Part shown: positions 41,136 to 51,742 of the stretch, piece by piece
Numbering within the stretch: the stretch's first letter is position 1
Layout: each line of letters opens with the position of its first letter
Assembly: GCA_964425625.1 (NCBI GenBank)
Contig: CAYRMI010000004.1
Location: forward strand, 5,444-69,443
Length of the DNA stretch: 64,000 bases
Direction of reading: 5' to 3'
Source: an uncultured Candidatus Saccharibacteria bacterium
GTDB taxonomy: Bacteria; Patescibacteriota; Minisyncoccia; Phycocordibacterales; UBA918
Notes under the pieces: generated by a model
Databases searched by the model: none
What the model saw: the letters and a program-made list of their open reading frames with translations, nothing else
Told to the model about the DNA's origin: nothing
Made by a program: the position numbers and the translations under genes

Positions 41136-42449
41136 TTATAAAGCTGGTAGATACAGCATTGGATCGACATAGGCGTCAGTAGCGGCTACTGGTGTCGAAG
41201 CTGGACCACAACTGGTAACCGTTTTGATTTCGTTGAACTGGCGGACGCTAACTCCAGCCTTTACGTAGACGGTAAAGTGCAGATGGGGGCCGGTGGAGTA
41301 ACCAGTGTTGCCGGTATAGCCGATTATCTCTCCGGTGGTGACTTTTTGACCTGGGGTGACGCTTATCACGTCCTGGTGGGCGTAGAGAGTTGAAAGACCA
41401 TTGGCATGATCGACTAGGGTCCACTTACCCCAAGAATAACACCCAGGCACTAAGTCAGTATTGCCGGTCGCTCGTACTGTGCCCGAGAGAGGAGCGTGAA
41501 TAGCAGTACCACGCGGTGTGCCAAGGTCTACGCCAGGGTGGTAGGCGCGACCGGCATAGACACTGGCATTTCGTTTGGCAAATTCCGTTCCACCAAAGTA
41601 CTGAGTTACTACAATATTTTTTAGGGGCCAATCAAAAACTCGAGTCCCCGGGGCAGGAATGGTATTGGGGTCTAGGATAAATTGGAGTTTAGCTTCAAAG
41701 TCACGTAGGTCTTTGATGATTTGCTCTTTAGCTTCAACTTTTTCAGCTAGGATTTGCTGGTATTTTTTCTCTTCGCTTTTTGTAACTTCAAGTAGCTTTG
41801 CTCTTTCGGTTTGATTGTTGGTGAGGACAGAGTTTTGGTCTGAGTATTGAGTTTTTAATGATATAAGATTTGAACGTTTTTCCGTACTGAGTTCTCGCTT
41901 CTCGTCTAACAACTTTTTAAGTTCATTTAGATTTAGTACTTTTTCGGTAAGACTGCGACGAACCGTTTCTTGTGCTTCCAGCGTACTCCAGAAGTCAGAT
42001 AGTTTTTGGTTTTGTAATAGGAGCTCGATCATTGATTCTCTGTCGGATTGATACTCACTGCGAATTATCTGTGCAATCGCGCTAGAATTTTCGGCTATCT
42101 CGTTTTCAGTGCGGGAAATTTCGAGAATAAGTTTATTTATTTCTAAGTCAGTTGAGCTAATTTGGTTTTCAGTTTTGGAAATTTCGGCCTGAACTTTCTT
42201 TCGTTCTAGAGTTAGTTGGTTAATAGCACTTTGGAGAGTCTTTTTTTCCGAACCCACGACTTTTAAATCGGCTTCATATTTGGCAATTTCCTTTTCAATC
42301 TCAGCTAGTCTCGAGCCACGGTCTTGGATGTCTTTTTGGAGGCGGTCTAGTTCTGAAGATTGAGCGGATACTACAAAAGTGCCACTAGCTAGAAGTGGAA
42401 TAATTGCGAGGCCACAGACAAAGGCAATGAAAGATGAATGTACTTTCAC
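41136..42449 (-). CDS. M23 family metallopeptidase with long N-terminal coiled coil (EnvC/NlpD-like murein hydrolase activator)
   Basis: LytM motifs HPGVDLGTPRGTAIHAPLSGTV and GNTGYSTGPHLHFTVY. About 230 aa of N-terminal heptad-repeat sequence with signal anchor. Confidence 0.8.
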   Translation of the reverse strand: MKVHSSFIAFVCGLAIIPLLASGTFVVSAQSSELDRLQKDIQDRGSRLAEIEKEIAKYEADLKVVGSEKKTLQSAINQLTLERKKVQAEISKTENQISSTDLEINKLILEISRTENEIAENSSAIAQIIRSEYQSDRESMIELLLQNQKLSDFWSTLEAQETVRRSLTEKVLNLNELKKLLDEKRELSTEKRSNLISLKTQYSDQNSVLTNNQTERAKLLEVTKSEEKKYQQILAEKVEAKEQIIKDLRDFEAKLQFILDPNTIPAPGTRVFDWPLKNIVVTQYFGGTEFAKRNASVYAGRAYHPGVDLGTPRGTAIHAPLSGTVRATGNTDLVPGCYSWGKWTLVDHANGLSTLYAHQDVISVTPGQKVTTGEIIGYTGNTGYSTGPHLHFTVYVKAGVSVRQFNEIKTVTSCGPASTPVAATDAYVDPMLYLPAL

Positions 42450-43912
42450 CCCTTTATTTTATCACAAGCAAGTTTAATTCGAGCTATAGTTTCCTCCTCG
42501 CCGATGATATAGGCAATTGTAAAGGGATCGGGTGACTGCTTTTTGCCCGAAAGGGCGACACGTAGTGGCCATAGAACCTCCCCTTTCCCGGTGGTTTCGG
42601 CATAGTCCCAGACCGCAGTTTTTATAGTATCAGAACTACTCCAATCTGCGTCCTTAAAGAGTTTGGCCACTGTTTCTAAACGTGGTAGAGAGTCCTGTAA
42701 TGATGTGTCATTTTTCCATAACAACAGAGAAGCGTCATATAAAGGAGTAGAAAAAGCAAAATCATACTCCCCTGCCTCTGCCTGAGTAACTACATCTTTG
42801 GCCACTTGAATGCGGTCGATTAGAGTTGGAACAAGTTTTTCGAGACGCTTGGTAGCATATTGGGGTTGTGATTTTAGACTCTCAGGCAAGGCTTTGGCTA
42901 CATAGTCTACTTGCTCACTTTGCGAAAGTAGAGAGAGATGTTGCTTATTCATCCAGAGTAGTTTGTCTTCATTGAAAGCTCCTCCGGCCCGTTGAATTTT
43001 GTCGATAGCAAAAACTTGAATCAATTCATCTTTTGTAAAGATTTCTTGATCAGTGCCGGGGTTCCAGCCAATCATCGCCAAGTAGTTAACCATGGCTGAA
43101 GATAGGTAACCCTCGGTACGGTAGTCCAAAATGTCTTTTGCCCCATCACGCTTACCGAGTTTCTTGGTACGGTCATCACGTAGGATGGGCGGTAAAGTAG
43201 CAAACACTGGATAAGTAAAACCAAGGGCATCATAGATGCTGAGAAATTTTGGTGTACTGGCAATAAATTCGTCGCCTCGCATGATGTGGGTTACTCCCAT
43301 GGCATGATCATCTATAATGTGAGCAAAGTTGTAAGTCGGATAACCATCTGATTTGATGAGAATGATATCATCCACCATTTCTTCACCGGCCGTGAGTTCA
43401 CCGCGGGCCGCATCAGTCCAAGTGTAGCGCTTTATTTCCGGTACTTTTAGGCGCAGTGGCTTGGTGCCATCCCAGACGTCAAATTTCTCTGGGCGGTAGT
43501 TGCGGTATAGAAATGGTCTTTTCTCGGTCTTGGCTTGCTGGCGGAACTGCTCTAATTCGGCTTCCGTATAGGGGTCGGGGTAGGCTAATCCCTTAGCAAT
43601 CAGATCTTGTGCATATTTTAGGTAGGAAGGAAGACGCTCGGATTGGATACAAGAGCCGAAAGGTCCGGGTTTGTCTGGACCAAAGTCCCAATCGATACCA
43701 AGCCAGGTAAGGGATTCTTGAATATGTTCGATAGAACCAGCTACTTCTCGACTTTTGTCAGTGTCTTCGATTCGCAGAATAAAGGTACCGGCATATTTGC
43801 GAGCAAAAAGGTAAGCAAAAAGAGCGGTGCGTACACCGCCAATGTGCATATAACCAGTCGGTGACGGGGCAAACCTTGTTACGACTTTTTGATTGTTTTG
43901 TTTAGGATCCAT
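42446..43912 (-). CDS. gltX: Glutamyl-tRNA synthetase
   Basis: VVTRFAPSPTGYMHIGGVRTALFAYLFARKYAGTFILRIEDTD has the HIGH-class motif and GluRS N-terminal consensus. KLGKRDG is the KMSKS-like motif. Start at MDPKQNNQKV (track ORF extends to 43990, overlapping murG). Confidence 0.9.
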   Translation of the reverse strand: MDPKQNNQKVVTRFAPSPTGYMHIGGVRTALFAYLFARKYAGTFILRIEDTDKSREVAGSIEHIQESLTWLGIDWDFGPDKPGPFGSCIQSERLPSYLKYAQDLIAKGLAYPDPYTEAELEQFRQQAKTEKRPFLYRNYRPEKFDVWDGTKPLRLKVPEIKRYTWTDAARGELTAGEEMVDDIILIKSDGYPTYNFAHIIDDHAMGVTHIMRGDEFIASTPKFLSIYDALGFTYPVFATLPPILRDDRTKKLGKRDGAKDILDYRTEGYLSSAMVNYLAMIGWNPGTDQEIFTKDELIQVFAIDKIQRAGGAFNEDKLLWMNKQHLSLLSQSEQVDYVAKALPESLKSQPQYATKRLEKLVPTLIDRIQVAKDVVTQAEAGEYDFAFSTPLYDASLLLWKNDTSLQDSLPRLETVAKLFKDADWSSSDTIKTAVWDYAETTGKGEVLWPLRVALSGKKQSPDPFTIAYIIGEEETIARIKLACDKIKG

Positions 43913-45014
43913 GCTCTTTCCCGATTTGAATGAGACTAGCAGCAATTTTTTGTGCAGCATCGGTTGGCACAAATTGCTTGGCAGAAGCACTCATAGTGCG
44001 CCAGTGCTCCGGGTTGCCAATAATAGACTTTATTTCGGCTATGAGCAAGGCTTCGCTTAGGTTGCGCTCCTCTATCACTGTGGCTCCCCCGCCCCGGGCA
44101 AAAGCGTAGGCATTGGAACGTTGGTCGCGACTTATATCTTCCGGAATGGGAATAATAATACTTGGTGTGCCATGAATACCTATTTCAAATAGAGTAGTAC
44201 TGCCAGCCCGGGTAATTACTACCGAAGAAGCTGAGAGTAAGGCATTTACTTTCTTGGCCGGAATTAGTCCTTCAATATAGTAATGACTTTGTAAATTAGG
44301 ATCTGAAATAAGTGTTTTGGCAATTAAGGCTAATTCATCACGCTTAGCCACACCAGTCTGGTGATAGATGCGACAGATTGGAAGTAGTTCATCAAGACAG
44401 CGTAGAACGATGTTGTTTAGTCGTTCGGCTCCGAGTGAGCCACCAGTAATATAAATCAGTGGCAGGTCGTTGGGGATACCAAGTGTGGTGTAGGGGTCAG
44501 GGTCATTTGTGAGTAATTCTTGACGGATTGGTATACCGGTAAGGGCTACTTTGTCTTTAGGGAAGAAGCTGGCTGCTTCAGGGTACGAAATAGCAATGTA
44601 GCGAGCAAATTTTTTGGCCAATAGATTGGCTCGGCCGGGGACAGCGTCAGACTCATGTATCACTACTGGTATACGCAGTAAACGAGCAGCGATGAGGATT
44701 GGTACACTGGTGTACCCGCCTTTACTGAAAATCACATCAGGATAAATAATATAGAGTTTTATTATAGCTATAAACAATCCAAAAAAGTTTCTAAAAATAT
44801 CAAAGAAATTTTGGATAGAAAAATACAGACGCAACTTACCGGCCGGGCAATAAATAAAGGTAACGCGGTGAGTTTTTAATAAATCTTCATTATAGGGTTC
44901 TGGTCCAAAATAGTAGAGATCAGGCTGATCCGGATGGGTACTAAGAACTTCTGCCACCGCAATGAGTGGATAGAAATGACCGCCTGTACCTCCCCCGACA
45001 AAACCTATACGCAT
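43902..45014 (-). CDS. murG: UDP-N-acetylglucosamine--N-acetylmuramyl-(pentapeptide) pyrophosphoryl-undecaprenol N-acetylglucosamine transferase
   Basis: MRIGFVGGGTGGHFYPLIAVAEVL is the MurG G-loop. The GT-B C-terminal domain has ITGGSLGAERLN. Confidence 0.9.
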   Translation of the reverse strand: MRIGFVGGGTGGHFYPLIAVAEVLSTHPDQPDLYYFGPEPYNEDLLKTHRVTFIYCPAGKLRLYFSIQNFFDIFRNFFGLFIAIIKLYIIYPDVIFSKGGYTSVPILIAARLLRIPVVIHESDAVPGRANLLAKKFARYIAISYPEAASFFPKDKVALTGIPIRQELLTNDPDPYTTLGIPNDLPLIYITGGSLGAERLNNIVLRCLDELLPICRIYHQTGVAKRDELALIAKTLISDPNLQSHYYIEGLIPAKKVNALLSASSVVITRAGSTTLFEIGIHGTPSIIIPIPEDISRDQRSNAYAFARGGGATVIEERNLSEALLIAEIKSIIGNPEHWRTMSASAKQFVPTDAAQKIAASLIQIGKEHGS

Positions 45015-45026
45015 AACCTAAGTCTA

Positions 45027-46142
45027 TCACGAACGCTTATCGCGGATGCGGTATTTGGACACATTTAACACAATCCCTAACGAAGCTAGAGTGGCCATCA
45101 TGGCCGTGCCACCGTGACTAATAAAAGGCAGTGGTAGCCCAGAAAGAGGGGCGATGCCAAGCATTGAGGCAATATTTAGAAAAGCTTGAGTGACGATAAG
45201 GGTCATGAAGCCAACAACTAAAAGCATACCAAAAAGATCATCGGCTTGAGTAGCAATCTTGAAACCACGAAAAGTGAAAAATGATAACAAGCAAACAAGG
45301 ATAACAGAACCAACAAAGCCAAACTCTTCAGCGTACACAGCAAAGACTGAGTCTCCTATTGGTTCTGGTAAGTATTCAAACTTTTGAATACTTTGTCCGT
45401 AACCTCGGCCGAGGAAACCACCGGAACCAACAGCGATAAGTGATTGCTTAATTTGGTAACCACTCCCCTGATCATCTTGTCCAGGATTTAAGAAGATAGT
45501 GAAGCGATCCATCACGTATGGACGAGCGTGAGCGACAATTAGAAGAAGAACAGCTGCGGCCACCAGAAGAAATGCTATGTGACGCCATTTTGCTCCGGTT
45601 GTAATAAACATCGCTATACCGGCGAAAGCCATAATCATAAAGGTGTCGGTGTCAGGCAGTATGAGCATGACTGCGCCGACGACTCCTAGCGCACCAACAA
45701 AAGGTAAAAATCCATAGCGCCAGGAATCGATCTGTTTATGTGTGCCAGAAAGTAATGAAGCGGTATAGATAATAAAAGCAATTTTTAGAAATTCTGAGGG
45801 TTGAAAAGTAATAAATCCAATATCTACCCAACGGGTAGCCCCGGCGTATGTCATACCCAGAGGAGTAAATACTAGTAACGTGAGAAATATACCCAGTAAA
45901 AATATATATAATGAGTATTGTCGCCAATTACGATAGTAGATGTTGCTAGTGATAAATAGGGCTATACTTCCACCCACTAGACCAAAGAAGAATTGGTTAA
46001 AGGCAACGGAACTAAAACTCGCTCCATCGCGGGCCAAAAGTCCCAGTGAAGCTGAGGAGAAAATAAAAAAACCAATAACGACTAAGATAGAGATTAGAAC
46101 GAGGAGAATAATATCAACTGACTTGGGAGCTCGTATCCTCAT
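45027..46142 (-). CDS. ftsW: SEDS family peptidoglycan glycosyltransferase FtsW/RodA
   Basis: 10-TM protein with conserved SEDS C-terminal block PLPFISHGGTAMMATLASLGIVLNV. Start at MRIRAPKS overlaps the mraY stop. Confidence 0.85.
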   Translation of the reverse strand: MRIRAPKSVDIILLVLISILVVIGFFIFSSASLGLLARDGASFSSVAFNQFFFGLVGGSIALFITSNIYYRNWRQYSLYIFLLGIFLTLLVFTPLGMTYAGATRWVDIGFITFQPSEFLKIAFIIYTASLLSGTHKQIDSWRYGFLPFVGALGVVGAVMLILPDTDTFMIMAFAGIAMFITTGAKWRHIAFLLVAAAVLLLIVAHARPYVMDRFTIFLNPGQDDQGSGYQIKQSLIAVGSGGFLGRGYGQSIQKFEYLPEPIGDSVFAVYAEEFGFVGSVILVCLLSFFTFRGFKIATQADDLFGMLLVVGFMTLIVTQAFLNIASMLGIAPLSGLPLPFISHGGTAMMATLASLGIVLNVSKYRIRDKRS

Positions 46143-47197
46143 AATATGGCTGCTATAATAAGACCAGTAACAGCGCAAAGCATACTAATAATCCAATAAC
46201 GCATGGTCACTTTGTAAGAAGGCCAACCAAGGGCTTCAAAATGATGATGGAGAGGAGCTATTCTAAAGAATTTACGACCAGTCAGCTTTCGGTAAGCAAC
46301 TTGAATAATGTTGGAGACGACAGTAGCTAAGAGAACAAAGCCAATAATCAAAAATAATACAATGCCATAACCATCTACTAACTGATCGGTCATTAACAAA
46401 ATAACGGCCAGAGTAAGTGTTAGTGGCATCGAACCGGTTTCAGTCATCCAGAAACGGGCGGGCGGAATGTTGAACCATAAAAAGGCTAATATCGCACCAA
46501 CCAACATGACGCAAAAGGCAGCGAGATCGTATTGGGATTGGATTATGGCCACACCAGCGTAGGCGGCAAATACAGTAGCAAAAACACCACCTGATAGACC
46601 ATCAATGCCATCGATTACACCACTAGCGTAGACGACGTTAGTCAGCAAAATAAAAACGGGTATGAGAAAAACACCAACATAGAGTGGTTCTGCAAAAGGT
46701 ACACCGATAGTTTCTACGCCCAGTTTGGCGTAAAACCACCAACCAATAAATCCGGCTAAAAAACTAATAAGAGTAAGTCGGATAGGCAGTCGCACTCCCT
46801 TACCCCCATGCTGGACATCGTAGAAGTCATTGAGTAGCCCGAATATAGCGCCGACACAAAAAGTGAAGAATGGTATCCAGGTTTGGGAACGGCTGAGGAA
46901 AAAGACATCACTGAAGAAGACTATGTCAGTAGTAACGGTAAGTAAGAAGATTAGACCAATACCAATAATCACACTTCCCCAAATAACTATACCGCCCATC
47001 CGTGGAGTTTGGGTCTCTCTTTCAGCTTTAAGACGATTAAATTCAGTGGCTTCATGACCTAAAATGGTGGTTTTTCCACCTTGTTTTTTCCAGACCTGAT
47101 ATTTAAAAAGATAGTGAGTAACAAAGGGTGTAATGATAATGCCGACAATGAAGGTAATCACAGCTGGCATAAGGATTTTTAAAATGATTATCTCCAT
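46139..47197 (-). CDS. mraY: Phospho-N-acetylmuramoyl-pentapeptide transferase
   Basis: MraY motifs TPRMGGIVIWGSVII, VYASGVIDGIDGLSGG and LHHHFEALGW. Confidence 0.9.
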   Translation of the reverse strand: MEIIILKILMPAVITFIVGIIITPFVTHYLFKYQVWKKQGGKTTILGHEATEFNRLKAERETQTPRMGGIVIWGSVIIGIGLIFLLTVTTDIVFFSDVFFLSRSQTWIPFFTFCVGAIFGLLNDFYDVQHGGKGVRLPIRLTLISFLAGFIGWWFYAKLGVETIGVPFAEPLYVGVFLIPVFILLTNVVYASGVIDGIDGLSGGVFATVFAAYAGVAIIQSQYDLAAFCVMLVGAILAFLWFNIPPARFWMTETGSMPLTLTLAVILLMTDQLVDGYGIVLFLIIGFVLLATVVSNIIQVAYRKLTGRKFFRIAPLHHHFEALGWPSYKVTMRYWIISMLCAVTGLIIAAIL

Positions 47198-47200
47198 ATT

Positions 47201-48238
47201 TTATTTAAGGGTTAGGCTGGCGGTGGTAGCTTCAACTAACTTTTTTACATCGGCAAATCTTTCACTATGGGTTGAACCAAGTACGGTTATAATTATGGGG
47301 TGATTATAACCAGCATCAAAGGCGATAGTCAGATTGCCACCAGCCAGATCAGTGTAACCGGTTTTTGACCCTAAAATGTTTGGTATATCAGTGATAATAT
47401 CGTTGGTGTTGTCGGCTTCATGGAAGGCACCACTTTGGTTGTATAGACGGGTGTGAGTTTTAGTGGTGGGTAGCAAAATTTCTGGGTAATTATACAAAAT
47501 ATAAGCAACTAAATGACCTACATCAGAGGCACTACCATAAGCACCAGCTTGCGAGGAAGAGATATCCAAACCTGTAGGATTTTTAAAACGAAAACTAGTA
47601 AAACCAAGTTCTTCTGCCCGAATATTCATGGCACTGACAAATAGAGTGACTGGTTCGCCTTTGCCGAGTAATGATCCGACTGAGTCAGCTAAGGTGTAGG
47701 CCGCGCTATTGTAAGAGGAAATTAAAGCAAAGTCAGCTAAGTCTTTGGCTAGAAAAGTTTCGCCGGTAGATAGAGTTCCTCCGCTTTGTTGGTTGGCAGA
47801 AGCTGGAGATATACTAACAACGGTCTCGTCAGCCATGAGCTCGTAAGAGAGTAAAGCGGTCATTAATTTAGTGATTGATGCCAAGGGTAGTGGTTCATCA
47901 CTATTCTCCTCATAGAGTACTTTTTGGTTAGCAACATCGTACACATGGACAGCCTTTGCTTGTAATTTGATATTTTGAAAAGGACTGACTGCCTCGGCGA
48001 CAGTAGCAATAGGAGGTAAATGAACTGTTTCGACGATTGGTTTTTCTTCTAGTTGTAAAAAGGAAAGAGTTTGTGGAATAACAATAGTACTAAAAAGTCC
48101 TAAAAGAATAAAACCAATTATAACTAGATTGGGAATGATTGGAAAACGATTAGGATTCTCGTCCGCTACTTCATCAAATGACTCTTCTTTAGTTGAGTTT
48201 TCTAAAATGAATTCGGTTGTATCGGTGTTTTCACTCAT
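47201..48238 (-). CDS. D-alanyl-D-alanine carboxypeptidase (S11, PBP5/6-like)
   Basis: SxxK active site LASITKLMTALL, SGN-like motif and KTG motif (LGSKTGYT). N-terminal signal anchor. Confidence 0.8.
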   Translation of the reverse strand: MSENTDTTEFILENSTKEESFDEVADENPNRFPIIPNLVIIGFILLGLFSTIVIPQTLSFLQLEEKPIVETVHLPPIATVAEAVSPFQNIKLQAKAVHVYDVANQKVLYEENSDEPLPLASITKLMTALLSYELMADETVVSISPASANQQSGGTLSTGETFLAKDLADFALISSYNSAAYTLADSVGSLLGKGEPVTLFVSAMNIRAEELGFTSFRFKNPTGLDISSSQAGAYGSASDVGHLVAYILYNYPEILLPTTKTHTRLYNQSGAFHEADNTNDIITDIPNILGSKTGYTDLAGGNLTIAFDAGYNHPIIITVLGSTHSERFADVKKLVEATTASLTLK

Positions 48239-48780
48239 ATTGTGTCTTTTACGAATTGGGCTTGCTCGGTAAACTTATCTAGCTCATCGGCTATACGGGC
48301 AAAGTCAGGCAGGTCGTGCTTTTTGGTTACACCAAGTTGCGCGAGTAGAGCTGGGCTGACAGTATAACGATAACCACTTCCTTCCTGGTTTGAAATACGT
48401 TCGACTAGACCGCGGATTTGTAAGTTTCGTAGAATGAATGAAGAATTAACGCCGCGAATTTTGTCTATCTCAGCCCGAGAGACTGGTTCCCGGTAAAGAA
48501 TGATGGCGAGTGTTTCTGCACCAGCTTTGCCAATATCAGCTTTTAGTTCGTTTTTACGCATAGCTTCAATAATTGGAGCCATTTCGGGGGCCGTGACAAG
48601 TTGGATTTCATCAGTCGTCTCTACTAGTCTAGTGGCACCAGTCTTTAAACGATCGCTTAAAATAGCTATTGCACTGGTTAGGTCACTTTCAGTAATATCA
48701 AAAAGCTTCAGTACCACTTTTTTCTTTTGTGGCGCTGACTTATAAAACAACAACCCTTCTATAAGGATGTCGATAGGCAT
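48235..48780 (-). CDS. scpB: Segregation and condensation protein B
   Basis: LEGLLF ... LAIILYREPVSRAEIDKIRGVNSSFILRNLQIRGLVERI are the tandem winged-helix signature of ScpB. Confidence 0.8.
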   Translation of the reverse strand: MPIDILIEGLLFYKSAPQKKKVVLKLFDITESDLTSAIAILSDRLKTGATRLVETTDEIQLVTAPEMAPIIEAMRKNELKADIGKAGAETLAIILYREPVSRAEIDKIRGVNSSFILRNLQIRGLVERISNQEGSGYRYTVSPALLAQLGVTKKHDLPDFARIADELDKFTEQAQFVKDTI

Positions 48781-48834
48781 GTCTTGATTGTATCACATAC
48801 CATTATTTTAAAGGCCGATAATGAACACTTTTAT

Positions 48835-49575
48835 CTAGTAGTATTTTGGGGTTTCGCCTTGATCTAGCTCAATATCAATGTCGGAGTAGCGCGCCGTTTG
48901 ATTAATAATAAGGTTTCCTTGTTTAAATAGTTCGAGAATAGCGAGAAATCCAACAATCACAACTTTTTTCTCCACCTCGCCATCATGTAATTGAGAAAAG
49001 CGGGTTTTTATATCTTTGCGAATGCGCTCGGCTAGTTTGGTCATCATGTCTTCTAGCGAAATGGTGACTTTTACACTCGCCCGGCTCGGTTCTTCCTTTT
49101 TAGGTAGGTCTCGTAAGACTTCGTAGATGGAAGAATGTAAGCTGGCTAGAGTGCAGTATTGATCGGGCATATATACTATCGTGCTCGGTGGAGTAAAGAC
49201 TGGGCAATAGAGGATTTGTCTACCAAATCCGGCTTGCAGAAGTAGTGAGGCGTCACGAACAATTTGGTATTGTTTGAGACGTTCTTCGAGCTCTTCGATA
49301 CTTTGTTCCTCCTCTTCGGTTAGATCAAGCACCGGCAGAAGAGATTTGGATTTGACGAGGAGCAGAGTGGCGGCCAAAGTAATGAACTGGGCGGTGTTGG
49401 GTAGGGATAGCTCCTGCATGAGACTGACTTGTCGCATGTACTCATCGGTTACGCCAGCTAATGAGATATCGTTAATGAGGAGCTTGCGTTTCTCGACTAG
49501 ATCCAAGAGCAACTCCAAAGGTCCCTCAAAGACTGAGGTTTTAACTGAAAATCCAGGTACACTGGTCGGAGGCAT
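48835..49575 (-). CDS. scpA: Segregation and condensation protein A
   Basis: FEGPLELLLDLVEKRKLLINDISLAGVTDEYMRQV is the ScpA N-terminal consensus. Adjacent to scpB. Confidence 0.8.
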   Translation of the reverse strand: MPPTSVPGFSVKTSVFEGPLELLLDLVEKRKLLINDISLAGVTDEYMRQVSLMQELSLPNTAQFITLAATLLLVKSKSLLPVLDLTEEEEQSIEELEERLKQYQIVRDASLLLQAGFGRQILYCPVFTPPSTIVYMPDQYCTLASLHSSIYEVLRDLPKKEEPSRASVKVTISLEDMMTKLAERIRKDIKTRFSQLHDGEVEKKVVIVGFLAILELFKQGNLIINQTARYSDIDIELDQGETPKYY

Positions 49576-49615
49576 GATGTTTAAATAATATCATGCCGAC
49601 AGCTGATGTTTCGGC

Positions 49616-50230
49616 CTAGGTGTGGTTGAAATAACCCTCTTCAATCATGGCTCTTTGAATAGTATGGTTAAAAACTGACATTATTTTAAATGGTTCAATA
49701 TATGAGTCTTTGATTCTCCTGGATTGCTCGGGAGTAGTTTTATTTTTGTTGATAACAAATTTACCAAATTCATTATAAACTTGAATAAGTGGCTCAAACC
49801 GATCAATGGCTTTTACAAATTTTGCTTCGATTGACTCCTGATTTTCATATTCGTTAATATGCTTTTCAAAGCTTGTTTTTAAATGATGTGGTGAATTTGC
49901 TAGTACTTTTAACTTGGCTATCTTTTCCCCGTCTCTAATAGTATCGGTTTTTAGATAACCAATTGTGTCACCGGTTTCAATCTCATCTATATCATGTAAG
50001 GTGATCATTTCGTAAATGCTTACTCGATCCCAGTCACCCAACGGATTTTCCAAAGGCAAGAAGTACTGCGCACAGATATGCATGCCATAGATATGCTCCG
50101 CGACAGATTCGGTTAGATCATTATCTGGTCTGGTTTGGCCGTAGCGAATTTCCTGTTTTAGACCATAAAGGTACTGCAGTTTTTTGACCTCACTCAGGAT
50201 GAATTCGGTGGTGAAGTTTTCGGGATTCAT
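49616..50230 (-). CDS. HD domain phosphohydrolase (YfbR-like 5'-deoxynucleotidase family)
   Basis: ESVAEHIYGMHICAQYF ... ITLHDIDEIETGD carries the H ... HD ... D metal-binding motif. Confidence 0.6.
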   Translation of the reverse strand: MNPENFTTEFILSEVKKLQYLYGLKQEIRYGQTRPDNDLTESVAEHIYGMHICAQYFLPLENPLGDWDRVSIYEMITLHDIDEIETGDTIGYLKTDTIRDGEKIAKLKVLANSPHHLKTSFEKHINEYENQESIEAKFVKAIDRFEPLIQVYNEFGKFVINKNKTTPEQSRRIKDSYIEPFKIMSVFNHTIQRAMIEEGYFNHT

Positions 50231-50239
50231 ATTGATATC

Positions 50240-51652
50240 TTAGTATTTTTCGAGGAAACTGACCAGTAAACGGATGGGTTCACCCGTGGCTCCTTTGGCT
50301 AGTTTGTCGCTGGCGATGCTGTCCATACGCGGGGCAATATCGATATGTGCCCAGGGAGTACTTTTGGGGGCAAAGAAGGAAAGAAAAGTTCCACCTTCGA
50401 TACAGCCACCAAAACGGGAGAAATTGGTCGCAATGTTGCTAATATCGGCGCGATGGCTTTTGAGACTGCTTTTGTATTCGTCCCAGAGCGGTAGTGGCCA
50501 AACTAGATCGCCACTGCTCTCCCCTAATTCGCGTAGGGTCGCTTCCAAAGCCGTATCTTCGGTCATAATTGCACTGGCGTGCTGGCCTAGGGCCACAAGA
50601 GCGGCTCCAGTGAGTGTAGCGACGTCTAAAATCACTCTTGGTGAATAACGTTCACTGTAGGTGTAGGCGTCGACTAAGACCATTCTACCTTCAGCGTCAG
50701 TATGCAAGACTTCGATAGTTTTGCCGTTCATAGCGGTGACAATATCCCCCGCCCGCATAGCATCGTCAGAAATAGCGTTTTCAGCCGTCGGGACTAGAGC
50801 GATGATATTTTTCTTTAGCCCGAGTTTGGCAGCGATAGCGATAGAAGCTAGGACAGATGAACCGCCCGACATATCCATGTGCATGTCATGCATAAAACCA
50901 GACGGTTTGACATTGAGCCCACCGGTGTCATAAGTAATTCCTTTACCAATGAGAACAATCGGTTTTACTTTGCTAGTTTTACCGGCTCCCCAGTACTCAG
51001 CAATAATAAATCTAGTCTCGCTTTTGGTTCCCTGCCCCACTGCTAGTAGAGCGCCCATTTTTAGTTTTTTGATCTCACTTTCCTTTAGTACTTTTACCTC
51101 TACCTTGGTACCGGTCATCAGTTTTTTAGCCTCTTCACCAAAGGCAGATGGAGATAAATCACAGCCTGGAGTATTGGCGATTTTGCGGGCCTGATTGGTA
51201 TATTCACCCACAATCAGTCCACGCTTAAATCCCATCAAGGCTTCTTTGGAACTGAGCCCACAGATTAATATTTCCTTTAGGCTTTTTGGTGAAGGCTTTT
51301 TGGTTTTATAGGTTGTAAATTCATAATCGGCCAGTAGTAAGTTCTCAACTAGCGTCGAAGCCAGCCAAGCTTCATCATATTGTGCAAGCTCGGCATATTT
51401 TCCGGCCGGAAACTCAATGGCCAAGTGTTCGATTTGGTGGCCTTTGGCTGTCTGGACAAAGCTTCGCACTAGTGTGCGAAAACTCCGCGCGTCTACTTTG
51501 CTCCACTTCCCTATCCCAAGCCGGTAACTGAGTGAGCCATCGGCGGCCTCAACAAAACGGTGGGCCGAAGCCGGTTCCTCGGTCAGGATTAATTTGCAGT
51601 ATTTACTGGCTACTTCGGCAAATGATTTTGGTGTTGTGGTGATTTTAAGCAT
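50240..51652 (-). CDS. pepA: Leucyl aminopeptidase (M17)
   Basis: LIGKGITYDTGGLNVKP, the NTDAEGR signature and MDMSGG metal-binding region. Confidence 0.85.
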   Translation of the reverse strand: MLKITTTPKSFAEVASKYCKLILTEEPASAHRFVEAADGSLSYRLGIGKWSKVDARSFRTLVRSFVQTAKGHQIEHLAIEFPAGKYAELAQYDEAWLASTLVENLLLADYEFTTYKTKKPSPKSLKEILICGLSSKEALMGFKRGLIVGEYTNQARKIANTPGCDLSPSAFGEEAKKLMTGTKVEVKVLKESEIKKLKMGALLAVGQGTKSETRFIIAEYWGAGKTSKVKPIVLIGKGITYDTGGLNVKPSGFMHDMHMDMSGGSSVLASIAIAAKLGLKKNIIALVPTAENAISDDAMRAGDIVTAMNGKTIEVLHTDAEGRMVLVDAYTYSERYSPRVILDVATLTGAALVALGQHASAIMTEDTALEATLRELGESSGDLVWPLPLWDEYKSSLKSHRADISNIATNFSRFGGCIEGGTFLSFFAPKSTPWAHIDIAPRMDSIASDKLAKGATGEPIRLLVSFLEKY

Positions 51653-51742
51653 ATGGGCAGTAGTATAGCATTTCAGCCATTAAGCGACGATACAGCGCCG
51701 ACTGGCGTCCGCGCTTTGTTTAATCATTAGTCTAGTAAGTAA

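Noticed and set aside
50274-51194. Multiple + strand ORFs (124, 70, 81 aa) within pepA
   Set aside because: Antisense shadow ORFs inside a strongly supported M17 aminopeptidase gene.
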